UHGV virus genome: UHGV-1351772
Source of the DNA: a virus
Reading direction: 5' to 3' (one strand)
DNA: 64,000 bases
This document shows positions 37,643 through 46,807 of the stretch, piece after piece. Position 1 is the first letter of the stretch; every line of letters begins with the position of its first letter. The position numbers and the translations under genes are program-made. A model generated the notes under the pieces. It ran no database searches, was not told the origin of the DNA, and saw nothing but the letters and a program-made list of their open reading frames with translations.

Positions 37643-38130
37643 CGTAAGTGTTTCCTGTAAAATAAGTCGTACGTTTGTGATGAAGCTGTATCAATAGAAC
37701 CTACCAATGGCATAATTTTCTTTTCTGATATTCCGGTTGCCCAAGCAGCTCGCGCAAAACCTCCGCCAGAACCCGTTGTCCAAACCGCATTTTTATTTAT
37801 TACAAACGTTTTAAACTTATCTGCTACTAATGTCAGCCAATGTGTTTCTTTAGCCGTAAAAATGACGATTTGATCGTATATTCGCTCTTTTTCGATAAGA
37901 TCCGCAAGCAAGGGCTCAACCTTCTTACGTTTATCCTCGTCTAAATATTCTTCTATAGCAGCGGTAATCGACATTTTCCAAAACTCGGTGTCCAGTACAC
38001 GTTCGCCCGTGTAGAAAACAAACTTGTTTTTGTGTTTATGCAGTTTGGGCAATTCTTTAACCGTACCAGCATAATCCACAAGTCGGTCAGCTAAAATGTA
38101 ATCCTTTGTTACCAATACCGTTGTCATCAC
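37639..38130 (-). CDS. hypothetical protein
   Basis: 163-aa ORF. Confidence 0.5.
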   Translation of the reverse strand: MMTTVLVTKDYILADRLVDYAGTVKELPKLHKHKNKFVFYTGERVLDTEFWKMSITAAIEEYLDEDKRKKVEPLLADLIEKERIYDQIVIFTAKETHWLTLVADKFKTFVINKNAVWTTGSGGGFARAAWATGISEKKIMPLVGSIDTASSQTYDLFYRKHLR

Positions 38131-38135
38131 ACACC

Positions 38136-38178
38136 TCGAAGAAAAATAAAAGTACCCTCTCTCCTAACGGAGAGAGGG
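38136..38178 (-). terminator. rho-independent terminator (minus strand)
   Basis: Stem CCCTCTCTCC / GGAGAGAGGG with T-run on the minus strand; identical stem recurs at 39202..39225. Confidence 0.65.
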
Positions 38179-38185
38179 GCACTGC

Positions 38186-38455
38186 TTAAATCTTACGGCT
38201 GCTACCGTAGCAGCCACAACCGGCTGTCGTTTTCGCAGCACTGACAGGCGCTAACGCAGCCATCGTACCATCGGCCTTAACAATGTGTAAGTTATTTACG
38301 CGAGTCAGACCTTTAAAGGTAATCTTCACACCCTTACGTAAACTCTTCACATCAAATCCGTCGAGTTTGAGTGTTTTAACTTTTTCAGGTTTACCTTCTT
38401 CGTAATAGGAAAGAACATTACCTGTACGTTTTTCAACAATATAAATCTTACCCAT
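38186..38455 (-). CDS. hypothetical protein
   Basis: 89-aa ORF downstream of promoter-motif copy 4. Confidence 0.5.
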   Translation of the reverse strand: MGKIYIVEKRTGNVLSYYEEGKPEKVKTLKLDGFDVKSLRKGVKITFKGLTRVNNLHIVKADGTMAALAPVSAAKTTAGCGCYGSSRKI

Positions 38456-38478
38456 TTTAGATTACACCATTTAGTTAA

Positions 38479-38515
38479 GTGAGAACTCTCACATAGATGA
38501 AATATATCTTAAAAT
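38479..38515 (-). promoter_or_regulatory. conserved promoter-like motif with 5' hairpin (copy 4 of 4, diverged)
   Basis: AAGATATATTTCATCTATG followed by short hairpin GTGAG/CTCAC on the minus strand, upstream of 38186..38455. Confidence 0.4.
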
Positions 38516-38525
38516 TTTTAAACCG

Positions 38526-38948
38526 TTAACTGAACAAAGCAATGTTAACCGACTTACCAGGTAGCGGGAAATGCTGTAGTTCTATTGACTGAAGTTTCCT
38601 GTCAATAGTCAGTATTTCATCAACGTTGGGCGTAAGACGGAATACGGCGCGTGGTAGCGTGAAAGGTACGTTCGTCGAGCAGTTGTTTAACAGTAACTGA
38701 TCCTGAGAATAGTCAATTTCTACCACCCTCGCAATTACCCAACGTTCGTGAATCTCGCCACCCAGCGGTGCAGTTAGTGCCCGTTGCAAGCGCTGTGAAT
38801 TCGTTTCATCGGTATTAGTGTGGTTTTGGTTCGACATAAGTTTCCCCAAACACGTACGCAGATTCTGTTTCAAGCGTCGGTTTAGCGACACGCCACTTCC
38901 ATGCACCGGTTTCAGGATCTTGCCAGGACAACAAAAGAGAACCCTCAC
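38526..38948 (-). CDS. hypothetical protein (true start possibly 38837)
   Basis: 140-aa ORF overlapping 38815..39132 by 134 nt; an internal ATG at 38837 would cut the overlap to about 23 nt. Confidence 0.4.
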   Translation of the reverse strand: MRVLFCCPGKILKPVHGSGVSLNRRLKQNLRTCLGKLMSNQNHTNTDETNSQRLQRALTAPLGGEIHERWVIARVVEIDYSQDQLLLNNCSTNVPFTLPRAVFRLTPNVDEILTIDRKLQSIELQHFPLPGKSVNIALFS

Positions 38949-39132
38949 AGATTTCAGAGGTATCGACCTCAGGGTGGAACAGCATGAATTCGTTTTCGTT
39001 GTCGTCCACTACGACGAATTGACCTTCTTCTACCCTTTCGAACTTAGCAACGCCTACTACAGTTGCTGGCTCGCCAACAGTAAATACCATTTCTTGTTTT
39101 GGTAAATCACGGTGAATCGCACTTAACCACAT
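38815..39132 (-). CDS. hypothetical protein
   Basis: 105-aa ORF. Confidence 0.45.
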   Translation of the reverse strand: MWLSAIHRDLPKQEMVFTVGEPATVVGVAKFERVEEGQFVVVDDNENEFMLFHPEVDTSEICEGSLLLSWQDPETGAWKWRVAKPTLETESAYVFGETYVEPKPH

Positions 39133-39185
39133 TTAAGCTGTTCCTCAATTAATTTTGTTTACGTGTGCATAATTAGACACGAAAC

Positions 39186-39225
39186 CGTAAAAATAAATAC
39201 TCCCTCTCTCCGTTTGGAGAGAGGG
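39186..39225 (-). terminator. rho-independent terminator (minus strand)
   Basis: Stem CCCTCTCTCC / GGAGAGAGGG, loop GTTT, T-run on the minus strand. Confidence 0.65.
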
Positions 39226-39230
39226 TAAGT

Positions 39231-39737
39231 TTACAGTACGTTTTCTTCTCGATCGTCTACTAAAATCGAAGTAATCACATAACGCGCTAAACGACTGCGT
39301 GCTTCTTCCGTTTCTTCTTCAGAAGGTAACTGTTCGCCCGCAGGTGCACACAACGTTAGCCCAGACTCACGAAGCTGCTCGGTATAGTCTTCCACAGCGC
39401 TGTCGAACGTACCACGAATACCTGCTACCGCATCCATAATTTCGTCGTTCGGAATAATGGATTCTTTTAGCACGGCGTGAGCATCCGTAGGCTCCACCAT
39501 TTGCAGGTTCTGTTCTACCAACAACGCCTGTTTCGCTAAGCTGTCGGTGATAAAGCAAGATAGAATCTTTTCGAAATCGTCTAACGAGAATTCGGTGTCT
39601 TCAGATGCCCCGGTAATCAATTGCCCGTAGCGATTAAAGAATTCTTTACAACGTGTTTCGTAGTCAGCTTCTAAGTCGCGAACACCGAGATCAAAATCGT
39701 GCTGCTCCAGCTGATTAAAATCCAGAGTCTCTTTCAT
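39231..39737 (-). CDS. hypothetical acidic protein
   Basis: 168-aa ORF. Confidence 0.5.
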   Translation of the reverse strand: MKETLDFNQLEQHDFDLGVRDLEADYETRCKEFFNRYGQLITGASEDTEFSLDDFEKILSCFITDSLAKQALLVEQNLQMVEPTDAHAVLKESIIPNDEIMDAVAGIRGTFDSAVEDYTEQLRESGLTLCAPAGEQLPSEEETEEARSRLARYVITSILVDDREENVL

Positions 39738-39775
39738 CTCTAAGTCTCCAGTTAAGAGGTCATATTACCTGCTGG

Positions 39776-40003
39776 TTAGAGTGCCAACGTTAACCCGGTA
39801 TGGGTTTCTACTGAACCAACACCGTCACGCGCTTTTGCTTTGGCGATGAGTTTGTCAATCACGCGCTGATGGCTACGAGTAATGACTTTACCTGGATAAC
39901 CGATAATCAGCACGTTCTCAGTATTAATAACCGCCGAGAATTCGTTATCACCTGCGACGTAAGTAATCTTTTTGTCTTTGGTTACAATACGTTTGATTTC
40001 CAT
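39776..40003 (-). CDS. hypothetical protein
   Basis: 75-aa ORF. Confidence 0.45.
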   Translation of the reverse strand: MEIKRIVTKDKKITYVAGDNEFSAVINTENVLIIGYPGKVITRSHQRVIDKLIAKAKARDGVGSVETHTGLTLAL

Positions 40004-40012
40004 TCAATGTCC

Positions 40013-40786
40013 TTAAAAGATAAAATGGCCAGTTAATGCTTCTACTTCAACACCAGGCATCGCCGGTGGTGCTGAGTATGGAAAAGTAAGACGCACGGCT
40101 GCACCCTTTAAATACGCAATACGGCAGTATGTGGTTAAGAGTGCATTCCCGTAAGTACAGTCGTTATAGAAGAAACCTTCGGTGGCAAACGTCTTTTCGT
40201 TGATTTTCGAATAGACTAAGATACCTTCAACTTTACCGTCTTTACGACAGCACAGCCCTTCGGCAGCCCCAATCGCTAACAAACCCAGGCAGTACGTATC
40301 CAAGCTGACATTAGCCACCTTAGGAATCGTAAACGTTTCTTCTAATGTTAGAGATTCAATATCATCTACATCAGGTAAATCGGTACGAACTTCAGGTTTT
40401 TCAGTAAACGTCAGCTCATAGTCGATAGACGTCGGTTGCATACTCAAAAACGCCATTAACTGATCGCGACGTTTTAGGTCGTTGGCAGGGTAGGTGATAT
40501 CAAACACCTCCACACTTAACAAACGTTTGAGTTGTGCGAAATTGATGTTCTTCTTCGCAAACACAACGATTGCTGACATGTAGAAAATCTTACCGTCAGT
40601 GCGGCCGGAGAAGATTCCTTGTAGCTGATTCGTGTTCGAAAGAATAATAAAGGTCGGATCTTCAGATTCGCGAATGACGTCCTTTTCCAGTAACCCTTTC
40701 CGTACACGGGTTAGCGAAACCATTTTGCCATCCACACCAATTGCTAAATGGTCATTACGATAATCGTGGATATCCACTATGCGCAT
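40013..40786 (-). CDS. hypothetical protein
   Basis: 257-aa ORF; start abuts the dam stop. Confidence 0.5.
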   Translation of the reverse strand: MRIVDIHDYRNDHLAIGVDGKMVSLTRVRKGLLEKDVIRESEDPTFIILSNTNQLQGIFSGRTDGKIFYMSAIVVFAKKNINFAQLKRLLSVEVFDITYPANDLKRRDQLMAFLSMQPTSIDYELTFTEKPEVRTDLPDVDDIESLTLEETFTIPKVANVSLDTYCLGLLAIGAAEGLCCRKDGKVEGILVYSKINEKTFATEGFFYNDCTYGNALLTTYCRIAYLKGAAVRLTFPYSAPPAMPGVEVEALTGHFIF

Positions 40787-41601
40787 TAGAGCACTCCCAG
40801 TAATTCAGTCACCGTTTTCCGAGCGGCACCAGACGCACCCATATAGCGACCAACCTCAATACTGCGCCACTCAAAACCGTAATAAATTTCTCGGGTGAGT
40901 AGGGTGTCTGCATTTGACAGCACGACGCTGTTGCCACGTTCCACCTGCTGCTGTAGTAACTTGGCTAATTCCCGATGATCCGTTTGTGAGAATTCTTTAC
41001 GGTGGTATTGCGCATGTTTCGCGGTATCCGATAACGGAATATAAGGAGGATCAGCATAAATCACGGCATCCTCAGGTGTCCGCGCTAAGACAGAACGAAA
41101 GTCCTCACAAACAATTTCCAGATACTCAACTTCTGTGCAACGTTTAGCCCAATCCCGAATTTCTTCTAATGGATAATAAACGCCGTTCGGGTAACGTCCA
41201 AACGGAACATTGAACCCACCACTACTGTTATAGCGACACATCCCATTATAACCATGACGCATTAAGTATAAAAACATCGCGGCACGTTCAACCTCGGTCA
41301 TCGTTTTACCGCTATTAAACAGTTCACGACGTTCCATATACTTTACAGTGGCATTACCGTCTAAGAACAACGGTTGCGATGCAGCGATCAGTTCTTCAGG
41401 CTGTTCACGCGCAACACAAAGTAAGCGTATCAAATCGGGGTTAGAATCCGATAGAATATACCGGCTGTAATTCGTATTTAGGAAAACAGACCCTGCGCCC
41501 ACAAACGGTTCTACAAAGGTTGTACGTTTAGGTAAGACCTTCTGTAATTCACCCAAAACGCGTGTTTTCCCACCCATCCATTTAATTATCGGTTTCCGCA
41601 T
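40786..41601 (-). CDS. dam: DNA adenine methyltransferase (Dam-type, GATC-specific N6-adenine MTase)
   Basis: Near full-length colinearity with E. coli Dam as recalled: KWxGGK, VEPFVGAGSVFLNT (SAM binding), LYLxRxGYNGxCRYN, catalytic DPPY, LxSNxDTxLTRExY. Confidence 0.9.
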   Translation of the reverse strand: MRKPIIKWMGGKTRVLGELQKVLPKRTTFVEPFVGAGSVFLNTNYSRYILSDSNPDLIRLLCVAREQPEELIAASQPLFLDGNATVKYMERRELFNSGKTMTEVERAAMFLYLMRHGYNGMCRYNSSGGFNVPFGRYPNGVYYPLEEIRDWAKRCTEVEYLEIVCEDFRSVLARTPEDAVIYADPPYIPLSDTAKHAQYHRKEFSQTDHRELAKLLQQQVERGNSVVLSNADTLLTREIYYGFEWRSIEVGRYMGASGAARKTVTELLGVL

Positions 41602-42580
41602 TATATCCGCCTTGTAACGATGACACTTCGTCGACTAACACCAATTTGACATGATTTTTCTGACGCTCCCAACTGACGACGTTTTCGTCACGCACTAAAA
41701 CAAATTCGTATTCGTAGGGGCGAAATTTAAATAATTCGACGGCCAGGTGCCTGAATGCAGGGTTGTTATTGAAACACCCTATCTCTAATGGTGCCGCTGT
41801 TGTCGATGCAATTTGTAGGGCACGATACAACAAAGTCCGTCCGATACCACGACCCCGATGTGTCTCACTTACCGCAATGGCTTTTAATTCACATTCGTTA
41901 AGATTACGCAATTTAACTTGCACCGCGCCCACAATATCGTTGCCGTCCATCCAAACGTAAGTATGGTGGTTGACATGACGTACTAACTCCACCAACGTTT
42001 CGACTTGTGGCATGATTTGACGTGAGCGACTCACAGGGTCAGCGTTGATGTTTTCAACGACACTCGTACCCAAAAGCAACATAAGCTGTTCGCGTTGTGT
42101 GGCGGTTAACTCTTTATAAAAATCACCGGAGATGTTCTTCACGTTTGTTGGTAGAGCGATATCCAACAACGAGCGTGTACCTAAACGATACGTAGTGTGG
42201 GTGTGTCTAAATCCTAAGTCATTAAGCTCAGCGATTTCTTCTACACCACTGGCGATTCGATTAAGGTACGTAAAACCGGTATAGTCGAGTACCAGTAGCA
42301 GGTTCAGTTTGTTCAAACAACCCGGTACAATTTCATGCATGTACAAGCAGTGTAACGTTGGGTCGCCGTAAATGTGTTTTGTGATGATAAACCCTTGGAT
42401 TGTTTTTCCTTTTTGTAAAGAGAACGTATTCAGTTCACTATTGCACAACGCCTCACGAATCACCGCGCCGTTAGGGCCCGATAAACATGCCTGAAGTTGA
42501 GGGTTGCGAATATCTCTACGTGCTAACCGACCTACTGTTAAATCCGTGGCGGTATGTTTTATAATCTTCATAAAAGCCAT
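41582..42580 (-). CDS. GNAT-family N-acetyltransferase with N-terminal extension
   Basis: C-terminal acetyl-CoA-binding motif IAVSETHRGRGIGRTLL (R-x-x-G-x-G). Confidence 0.55.
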   Translation of the reverse strand: MAFMKIIKHTATDLTVGRLARRDIRNPQLQACLSGPNGAVIREALCNSELNTFSLQKGKTIQGFIITKHIYGDPTLHCLYMHEIVPGCLNKLNLLLVLDYTGFTYLNRIASGVEEIAELNDLGFRHTHTTYRLGTRSLLDIALPTNVKNISGDFYKELTATQREQLMLLLGTSVVENINADPVSRSRQIMPQVETLVELVRHVNHHTYVWMDGNDIVGAVQVKLRNLNECELKAIAVSETHRGRGIGRTLLYRALQIASTTAAPLEIGCFNNNPAFRHLAVELFKFRPYEYEFVLVRDENVVSWERQKNHVKLVLVDEVSSLQGGYNAETDN

Positions 42581-42625
42581 GTTAATTACTCCTTAAAAGG
42601 TCGTCTCAAAACAATACGCTAAAGT

Positions 42626-42662
42626 TGTAAAAACAAAAAAGAAAGGGGAACCGAAGTTCCCC
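42626..42662 (-). terminator. rho-independent terminator (minus strand)
   Basis: Stem GGGGAAC / GTTCCCC, loop CGAA, T-run on the minus strand. Confidence 0.6.
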
Positions 42663-42674
42663 AATTATTAAACA

Positions 42675-43346
42675 TCATGCAGAAGGGGCAGAGTTTGTAA
42701 AAGCAAGATTGGGTGTCAAGCCAGCTTTCCCTAATTTTTCATACAGGTAGTTGAAAAATCTGAGATGGGCATCGTAGTGGCCAGCCGCTACTCGCTGGCC
42801 GTAAACTTCTACCAAGTCAGGCGAAAACTTAATATGGCAGTTTTGTCTAGAGAACAAAGGTTGTTGCACCCCACCCTTAATTAAGATGCGATACTTTTTA
42901 CCGTCGTCTGTTACGGCGTGAAGAATATTTGTACTGAAATGGAAATAGATAGAAGGGTTAAAACACAACCAGGTGGCGGCATTGATTAGCAAGTCAGCTA
43001 ACTTAACAGCGATTTTGTCAAGTTCAGGCCCTTCAAACTTATGCATTAACCGCAGAAGAATTTCAGTAATAACCGTGCCTGTAAGTAATTTGTCTCTATT
43101 GAGACCAGGTGCAACCGCCAAAACATCACCATTATAAGTGCAGACAAGTGTGAATAAGTTGAAAGGCTGGTCTTGATAAAGTTCGAAAACCAGGTCAGTA
43201 TACGGGCTAAAAGTTAAGAATTTCACCCCGAGTATTTCATTAACGCAGGGTAAAAGCTCAACTTTCACAGGCGGTTGTGCTTCGTTAACTTTAGTCTCGT
43301 TCTTTACAGTTTCTTCAATTACGGTTTTACCAATTTTCGGTGGCAT
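42675..43346 (-). CDS. hypothetical protein
   Basis: 223-aa ORF. Confidence 0.5.
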   Translation of the reverse strand: MPPKIGKTVIEETVKNETKVNEAQPPVKVELLPCVNEILGVKFLTFSPYTDLVFELYQDQPFNLFTLVCTYNGDVLAVAPGLNRDKLLTGTVITEILLRLMHKFEGPELDKIAVKLADLLINAATWLCFNPSIYFHFSTNILHAVTDDGKKYRILIKGGVQQPLFSRQNCHIKFSPDLVEVYGQRVAAGHYDAHLRFFNYLYEKLGKAGLTPNLAFTNSAPSA

Positions 43347-43367
43347 GATAATACTCCTTCAGGTTGA

Positions 43368-43727
43368 TTAGTGCGTTGCGGTGTTAGTGATAAAACGCAC
43401 ATTCTTCGTGGTGCGTTTAATGGACGTGTTTGCAACGTAGTCCAACGCTGATTCTACGTGAACGGTTACTGAGCAACGACCCTTAACGGAATTAAAACTA
43501 ATCTGGTATTTCAGACGAATCGCATCAGCAACTTTCATCATAATCGGCAAACTTAAACGTTCTGAGTGATCGTTCTTAATAGACGAGATAACAGGTTGTG
43601 AAACTTTCGCAAGCTGGGCAAGTTCACGCTGAGTAATGTCTTTTGTGGTCAAATGACGAATTACGTAAGACAAGTGAAGACCGAATTTACGTTTTGCCAG
43701 AACGATGGAATTGTGATTGTAAGCCAT
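43368..43727 (-). CDS. helix-turn-helix DNA-binding protein (putative transcriptional regulator)
   Basis: HTH-like segment ITQRELAQLAKVSQPVISSI; first gene after promoter-motif copy 3. Confidence 0.5.
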   Translation of the reverse strand: MAYNHNSIVLAKRKFGLHLSYVIRHLTTKDITQRELAQLAKVSQPVISSIKNDHSERLSLPIMMKVADAIRLKYQISFNSVKGRCSVTVHVESALDYVANTSIKRTTKNVRFITNTATH

Positions 43728-43762
43728 TGTAAATACTCCTTTAGGTTAACAAGTCGGTGTAA

Positions 43763-43810
43763 AGAGTTAATCATAACTCTCACCTAAGTAAAATATATCT
43801 GAGAAAAAAT
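43763..43810 (-). promoter_or_regulatory. conserved promoter-like motif with 5' hairpin (copy 3 of 4)
   Basis: CAGATATATTTTACTTAGG on the minus strand then hairpin AGAGTTA/TAACTCT; immediately downstream of the terminator at 43818..43841. Confidence 0.5.
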
Positions 43811-43817
43811 AAAATAT

Positions 43818-43841
43818 AGGTACCACCGTTGGGTGGTACCT
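43818..43841 (-). terminator. rho-independent terminator hairpin (minus strand; T-tract runs into the promoter motif)
   Basis: Stem AGGTACCACC / GGTGGTACCT, loop GTTG, followed by T-rich run on the minus strand. Confidence 0.65.
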
Positions 43842-43847
43842 AAGCGG

Positions 43848-44471
43848 TTAGTTTGCTAAAATGTGCGTAACAATCTCAGCGGCTTTCAAACGGTAATCGT
43901 CATTCTGCGTTACTGGTAATAATGCGTGAAGACAACCACCTTCTGTTAAGATGTGATGCGCGAAACGATAATGGTCGCGTAGGCCATCCCAACATTGATT
44001 GTCCATTAGATACTTAACCGTAAGTACCTCATCGTCCCAATTCTTACCTTGTTCTTCTACACGTTTCTTAAATCGCGCTAACGCTGTTGGGTAATCAACA
44101 TCAGTCCAAACATAAAGGTCGGGTGCGTGGAAATGACGAGTTAGCTTACGTTGGAAAACTACGTCCTTGCCATCTGTCCCCTGATAAACAATCGTTGAAG
44201 GGCAAAAACGATCGAAAATGACGACATCGTACTCGTCAACAACATGGTCTAACGTGTGAAGGAAGTCATCACACATTGCTTCAGCAATTTTTGTTTTCGA
44301 AGCAGACTGTACAACCAAGCTACGTGCACGAATACCCGCCTCGGTTTCAGACGTCGGATGGTTCCGAATACACACTTTTAATCCTGCGGACTCCAACATC
44401 GCTTTTACCATTTTACACAACGTTGATTTCCCAGAAAAATCAGGACCATCAATAGACACGGTCTTAAGCAT
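43848..44471 (-). CDS. tmk: thymidylate kinase-like dNMP kinase
   Basis: P-loop IDGPDFSGKSTL and DRF..S..YQG motif resembling the Tmk DR(Y/H) and YQG signatures. Confidence 0.6.
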   Translation of the reverse strand: MLKTVSIDGPDFSGKSTLCKMVKAMLESAGLKVCIRNHPTSETEAGIRARSLVVQSASKTKIAEAMCDDFLHTLDHVVDEYDVVIFDRFCPSTIVYQGTDGKDVVFQRKLTRHFHAPDLYVWTDVDYPTALARFKKRVEEQGKNWDDEVLTVKYLMDNQCWDGLRDHYRFAHHILTEGGCLHALLPVTQNDDYRLKAAEIVTHILAN

Positions 44472-44502
44472 TATTGTTTTACCTTTACGCGCTTTTAGAT
44501 AA

Positions 44503-44525
44503 AAGGGGTGTAAAAAACACCCCTT
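44503..44525 (-). terminator. possible terminator hairpin
   Basis: Stem AAGGGGTGT / ACACCCCTT with moderately T-rich flanks. Confidence 0.4.
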
Positions 44526-44533
44526 AGTTTTAC

Positions 44534-45148
44534 TTACAATTCAAAATATGTGGAAATTAAGCTCTCAAGGTTACGTTCTTCGTACACTTCCTTACTCGTA
44601 GGGTAACCGACGGTATGGTATTTCGCTGTAAAAGAAATGGCCTTGTTTGCAACGACGTACCGGTCATCGATACTCACCTTTTCAGGATGCTTGAGGCTGA
44701 GCGTGACGGTACGTATATGGGTCACCTCAAAATCTTTGATGATAACGCGATCTCTGTGTCGTGAGATAGCAAAATTGCTACTGCCCGCCACGAACTCCTC
44801 ATAACCGCCGACCAATTTAAGAGCTGCTAAACATGCAGTATAAGCGGGATATTTATCAGCCAATAGTTGTTCTTTTGTTACAAAGAGTTTATAGTCTTCC
44901 TCATCGCGAAGGTATCTCAGCAATAATTGGGAACGGAATTTCGACAACAGTCTTTCGTACTGCGATTCCCAGAGTTTTCCATTTTCAGTGAAGAGATGAC
45001 CAACGGTATACTTTAATTTCTCACCTTCATAAATCAAAAGCGAATTTTTCGAGACAAAGCCCGCATTCTTTCTATTTTCGCCAATTTCATTTTCAGCAAC
45101 TTCAACTAAAGTGTAGTTGTTAGGGAGTTCAAAGCGCTTAATTTCCAT
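44534..45148 (-). CDS. hypothetical protein
   Basis: 204-aa ORF. Confidence 0.5.
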   Translation of the reverse strand: MEIKRFELPNNYTLVEVAENEIGENRKNAGFVSKNSLLIYEGEKLKYTVGHLFTENGKLWESQYERLLSKFRSQLLLRYLRDEEDYKLFVTKEQLLADKYPAYTACLAALKLVGGYEEFVAGSSNFAISRHRDRVIIKDFEVTHIRTVTLSLKHPEKVSIDDRYVVANKAISFTAKYHTVGYPTSKEVYEERNLESLISTYFEL

Positions 45149-45227
45149 AATTTATCTCTCTTTAAATTGGTGAGTTACCGACTCACTACGGTTGTCACAT
45201 TGATAATATCAATCTGTAATAAAATTT

Positions 45228-45268
45228 AGGGTAAAAAAAAGAAACCCGCCCCTACCGTTAAGTAGGGG
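45228..45268 (-). terminator. rho-independent terminator (minus strand)
   Basis: Stem CCCCTAC / GTAGGGG followed by T8 on the minus strand. Confidence 0.55.
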
Positions 45269-45275
45269 TAAGGTT

Positions 45276-45881
45276 TTATTGGTGATCAACAATCGGACCA
45301 CTCCACACTTCTGACGTTTGTGGTGCGGTGAGGTTAGCAGCCTGTGCAGACGTTACGCACAGCAAGACTAACCCTTGTTTAGCAAGATAGTGTTGCATTC
45401 TTGCTGCCTCCACGGAGGTGTCCACAATAACGAGCTCAGCGCCACGTAGAAGCGTTAGAGCCGCTTGTCCCTCCTGTGGCGTGGTTAAAGCATCACTGTC
45501 GTCCAGAATGCGTTTAAGGCGGTTATACGCCAACCCAGTTACATTACTCCGACCTGCACGAAGATCGACAACCATATTGTTGTATTCCCCCACCACTTGT
45601 TGCGTCGAATTGGGATAAAATCGAAACGCGGCACGGCGGCGTTTACGACGCACCTCAGAAATCGCGCGTTGTAAAACTAGTAAAACGTATTTCGGTGCCG
45701 CTTCGCTATTCGGACGACGCATCTTGGCTAAACGTGCAGCTAAATCCAAAATTTTCGTTAAGGGATAGCGATGTTTAAACCCGTCGCGTTCAATAGTAAC
45801 GCCACGCTTAGGCAACTTGCCCGTTTTGTTGATATACGATACTGTAATCAATAGTAATGAATCGAGAATCATCTCTGACAT
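45276..45881 (-). CDS. hypothetical protein
   Basis: 201-aa ORF. Confidence 0.5.
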   Translation of the reverse strand: MSEMILDSLLLITVSYINKTGKLPKRGVTIERDGFKHRYPLTKILDLAARLAKMRRPNSEAAPKYVLLVLQRAISEVRRKRRRAAFRFYPNSTQQVVGEYNNMVVDLRAGRSNVTGLAYNRLKRILDDSDALTTPQEGQAALTLLRGAELVIVDTSVEAARMQHYLAKQGLVLLCVTSAQAANLTAPQTSEVWSGPIVDHQ

Positions 45882-45895
45882 TACAAGGCCCTCTC

Positions 45896-46267
45896 TTAGA
45901 ACCCCTCAAGAACAGCTTTCACAAATTCATAAACTGTGCGTCGGTGTTCTTCAAGCGGATAAACAAACTTAGAATAATCGTTGTTCCAGACAACCGGATA
46001 GAGGTCGCCATCACAACTTAAATAGCTCTTACGAACCATGTAATAATCTAAACCTACACGGAAGTTTAACGACAGACTACCGTGTTTACTACAAACGTGT
46101 AGCTGGAGCGATTTCACACCGTCTTGAGTTGGTGATTCAATCGTTTCCGCATACAATACATCCGAACACTGTTCTATAGCGCTAACGACATCTCTGAGGT
46201 TGTTGTCTGCATCGATGGTCGCTTTTCGGAGAGCGTCGGTGTATTGCTGAAGTTCTCGATAGAACAT
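45896..46267 (-). CDS. hypothetical protein
   Basis: 123-aa ORF; AGGAG RBS lies inside the 3' end of the upstream ORF (94-nt overlap). Confidence 0.5.
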   Translation of the reverse strand: MFYRELQQYTDALRKATIDADNNLRDVVSAIEQCSDVLYAETIESPTQDGVKSLQLHVCSKHGSLSLNFRVGLDYYMVRKSYLSCDGDLYPVVWNNDYSKFVYPLEEHRRTVYEFVKAVLEGF

Positions 46268-46806
46268 CCTGCTAATCTCCTGTCTCTACCGTATGGCAGA
46301 GGAAATGCTTTGTGTTCAAATTCTGCAACGACATACGCAGGATAGAACAAAAGGTATTTATAGAACGTAGACAACGTAACGTTTTTCTGGGTGGCTAAAA
46401 AGTAATTAAGATCGGGGTTGTCTGGAAAAGCAAAATGCAACCCTGTGTATACCTGACCTTTATACTCCCCATTAAAGGGTGTGACTGCACATCGTGGGTG
46501 TGTCGGCTCGACGTGTAACCAACGACTTCTTACGTGATAAACGCCACGGACTGTCGCGTTTCGTGTTTTACCCAAATAACGGCAACGGATATTCTTTTCC
46601 CACGCCGCACGTTGAGTGGGTGAACCCAGAGAAACAAACCGCGTTAAAGCTTCAGGTGTAAAGTAATCAAAAATGCCGGTCGGTAAACACCAACACGCTT
46701 TATCGATTCGTACCACTCTCCAACCAGGACGAAAACCCACAGCGTAACGCTCTACACCAAAAGTATATCTAGACCCGTCATGAAACGGTACTAATCTTGC
46801 AGCCAT
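46174..46806 (-). CDS. hypothetical protein
   Basis: 210-aa ORF. Confidence 0.5.
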   Translation of the reverse strand: MAARLVPFHDGSRYTFGVERYAVGFRPGWRVVRIDKACWCLPTGIFDYFTPEALTRFVSLGSPTQRAAWEKNIRCRYLGKTRNATVRGVYHVRSRWLHVEPTHPRCAVTPFNGEYKGQVYTGLHFAFPDNPDLNYFLATQKNVTLSTFYKYLLFYPAYVVAEFEHKAFPLPYGRDRRLAGCSIENFSNTPTLSEKRPSMQTTTSEMSLAL

Positions 46807-46807
46807 T

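Noticed and set aside
45896-46806. Possible programmed frameshift joining 46174..46806 and 45896..46267
   Set aside because: The downstream ORF has its own good RBS (AGGAG) and ATG inside the overlap, so independent translation is the simpler explanation.
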